Source: an uncultured Gammaproteobacteria bacterium (lineage in GTDB: Bacteria; Pseudomonadota; Gammaproteobacteria; Eutrophobiales; Eutrophobiaceae). Taken from it: a stretch of 64,000 bases of DNA. The stretch covers positions 338,573 to 402,572 of the forward strand of contig CALSOP010000002.1 in the NCBI GenBank assembly GCA_943788005.1. The letters are read 5' to 3'. Shown piece by piece: positions 63,869-64,000 of this stretch; the stretch's first letter is position 1; each line of letters begins with the position of its first letter. Under the pieces are notes generated by a model, which searched no databases, was not told where the DNA came from, and saw nothing but the letters and a program-made list of their open reading frames with translations. The translations under genes and the position numbers were made by a program.

Positions 63869-64000
63869 GCGAAAGGCCCGCTGTTCAACACTGGCAAGAA
63901 ATGCATCAAGTTCACGCTGCGCTTCCAGTGTCTATCCCCTTTAGAGTCTATGTTTAAATTAAACTGTTTCATCTTAATTAACGTAGCCAGATAAACTATC

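Overview
AT-rich proteobacterial chromosome segment that is mostly core genome; gene order resembles gamma- and beta-proteobacteria. On the minus strand at the start: rpoB (5' part), rplL, rplJ, rplA, rplK, nusG, secE, tRNA-Trp, a tufB-position EF-Tu gene whose frame is broken by many indels, then tRNA-Thr, tRNA-Gly and tRNA-Tyr. Next come tsaC, topA, smg, dprA and a LysM protein, diverging from a long plus-strand operon def-fmt-rsmB-DUF4390-ntrY-ntrX-trkA-trkH-methyltransferase-TPR. Then pyrD-like and trmL. An accessory patch follows at 26.2-31.8 kb: two MshO/MshP-like minor pilins, an IS3/IS481-like insertion sequence, a secreted LamG-domain protein whose stop codon abuts the IS end, and an ECF sigma/anti-sigma pair directly upstream. 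Core genes resume: gpsA-secB-rhodanese, gpmI-envC-ctpA-yibQ, an alpha/beta hydrolase, ubiB-ubiJ-ubiE-DUF971, hslUV, xerC-DUF484-dapF, an MscS-family channel, TraB/GumN, nagZ and an orphan dppBC permease pair. A second accessory patch at 53.3-62.2 kb is a c-di-GMP signalling island: a hemerythrin-PAS-GGDEF-EAL gene split by two homopolymer frameshifts, a Lys/Ala-rich histone-like protein, a PAS-GGDEF protein, a TPR lipoprotein and a hemerythrin-GGDEF protein. A 28-bp hairpin-containing repeat flanks the first of these genes. The window ends with an ECF sigma / anti-sigma / small acidic protein / DUF3106 operon. No CRISPR array, prophage or recognisable defence system was seen. The most system-like candidates are the ECF-controlled LamG/minor-pilin surface module disrupted by the IS, and the hemerythrin-diguanylate-cyclase island with its flanking repeat. 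Frame-breaking indels recur at homopolymer runs (tuf, hemerythrin-DGC twice, MshO-like, IS orfB, ECF sigma N-terminus), so apparent pseudogenes may be sequencing artefacts.
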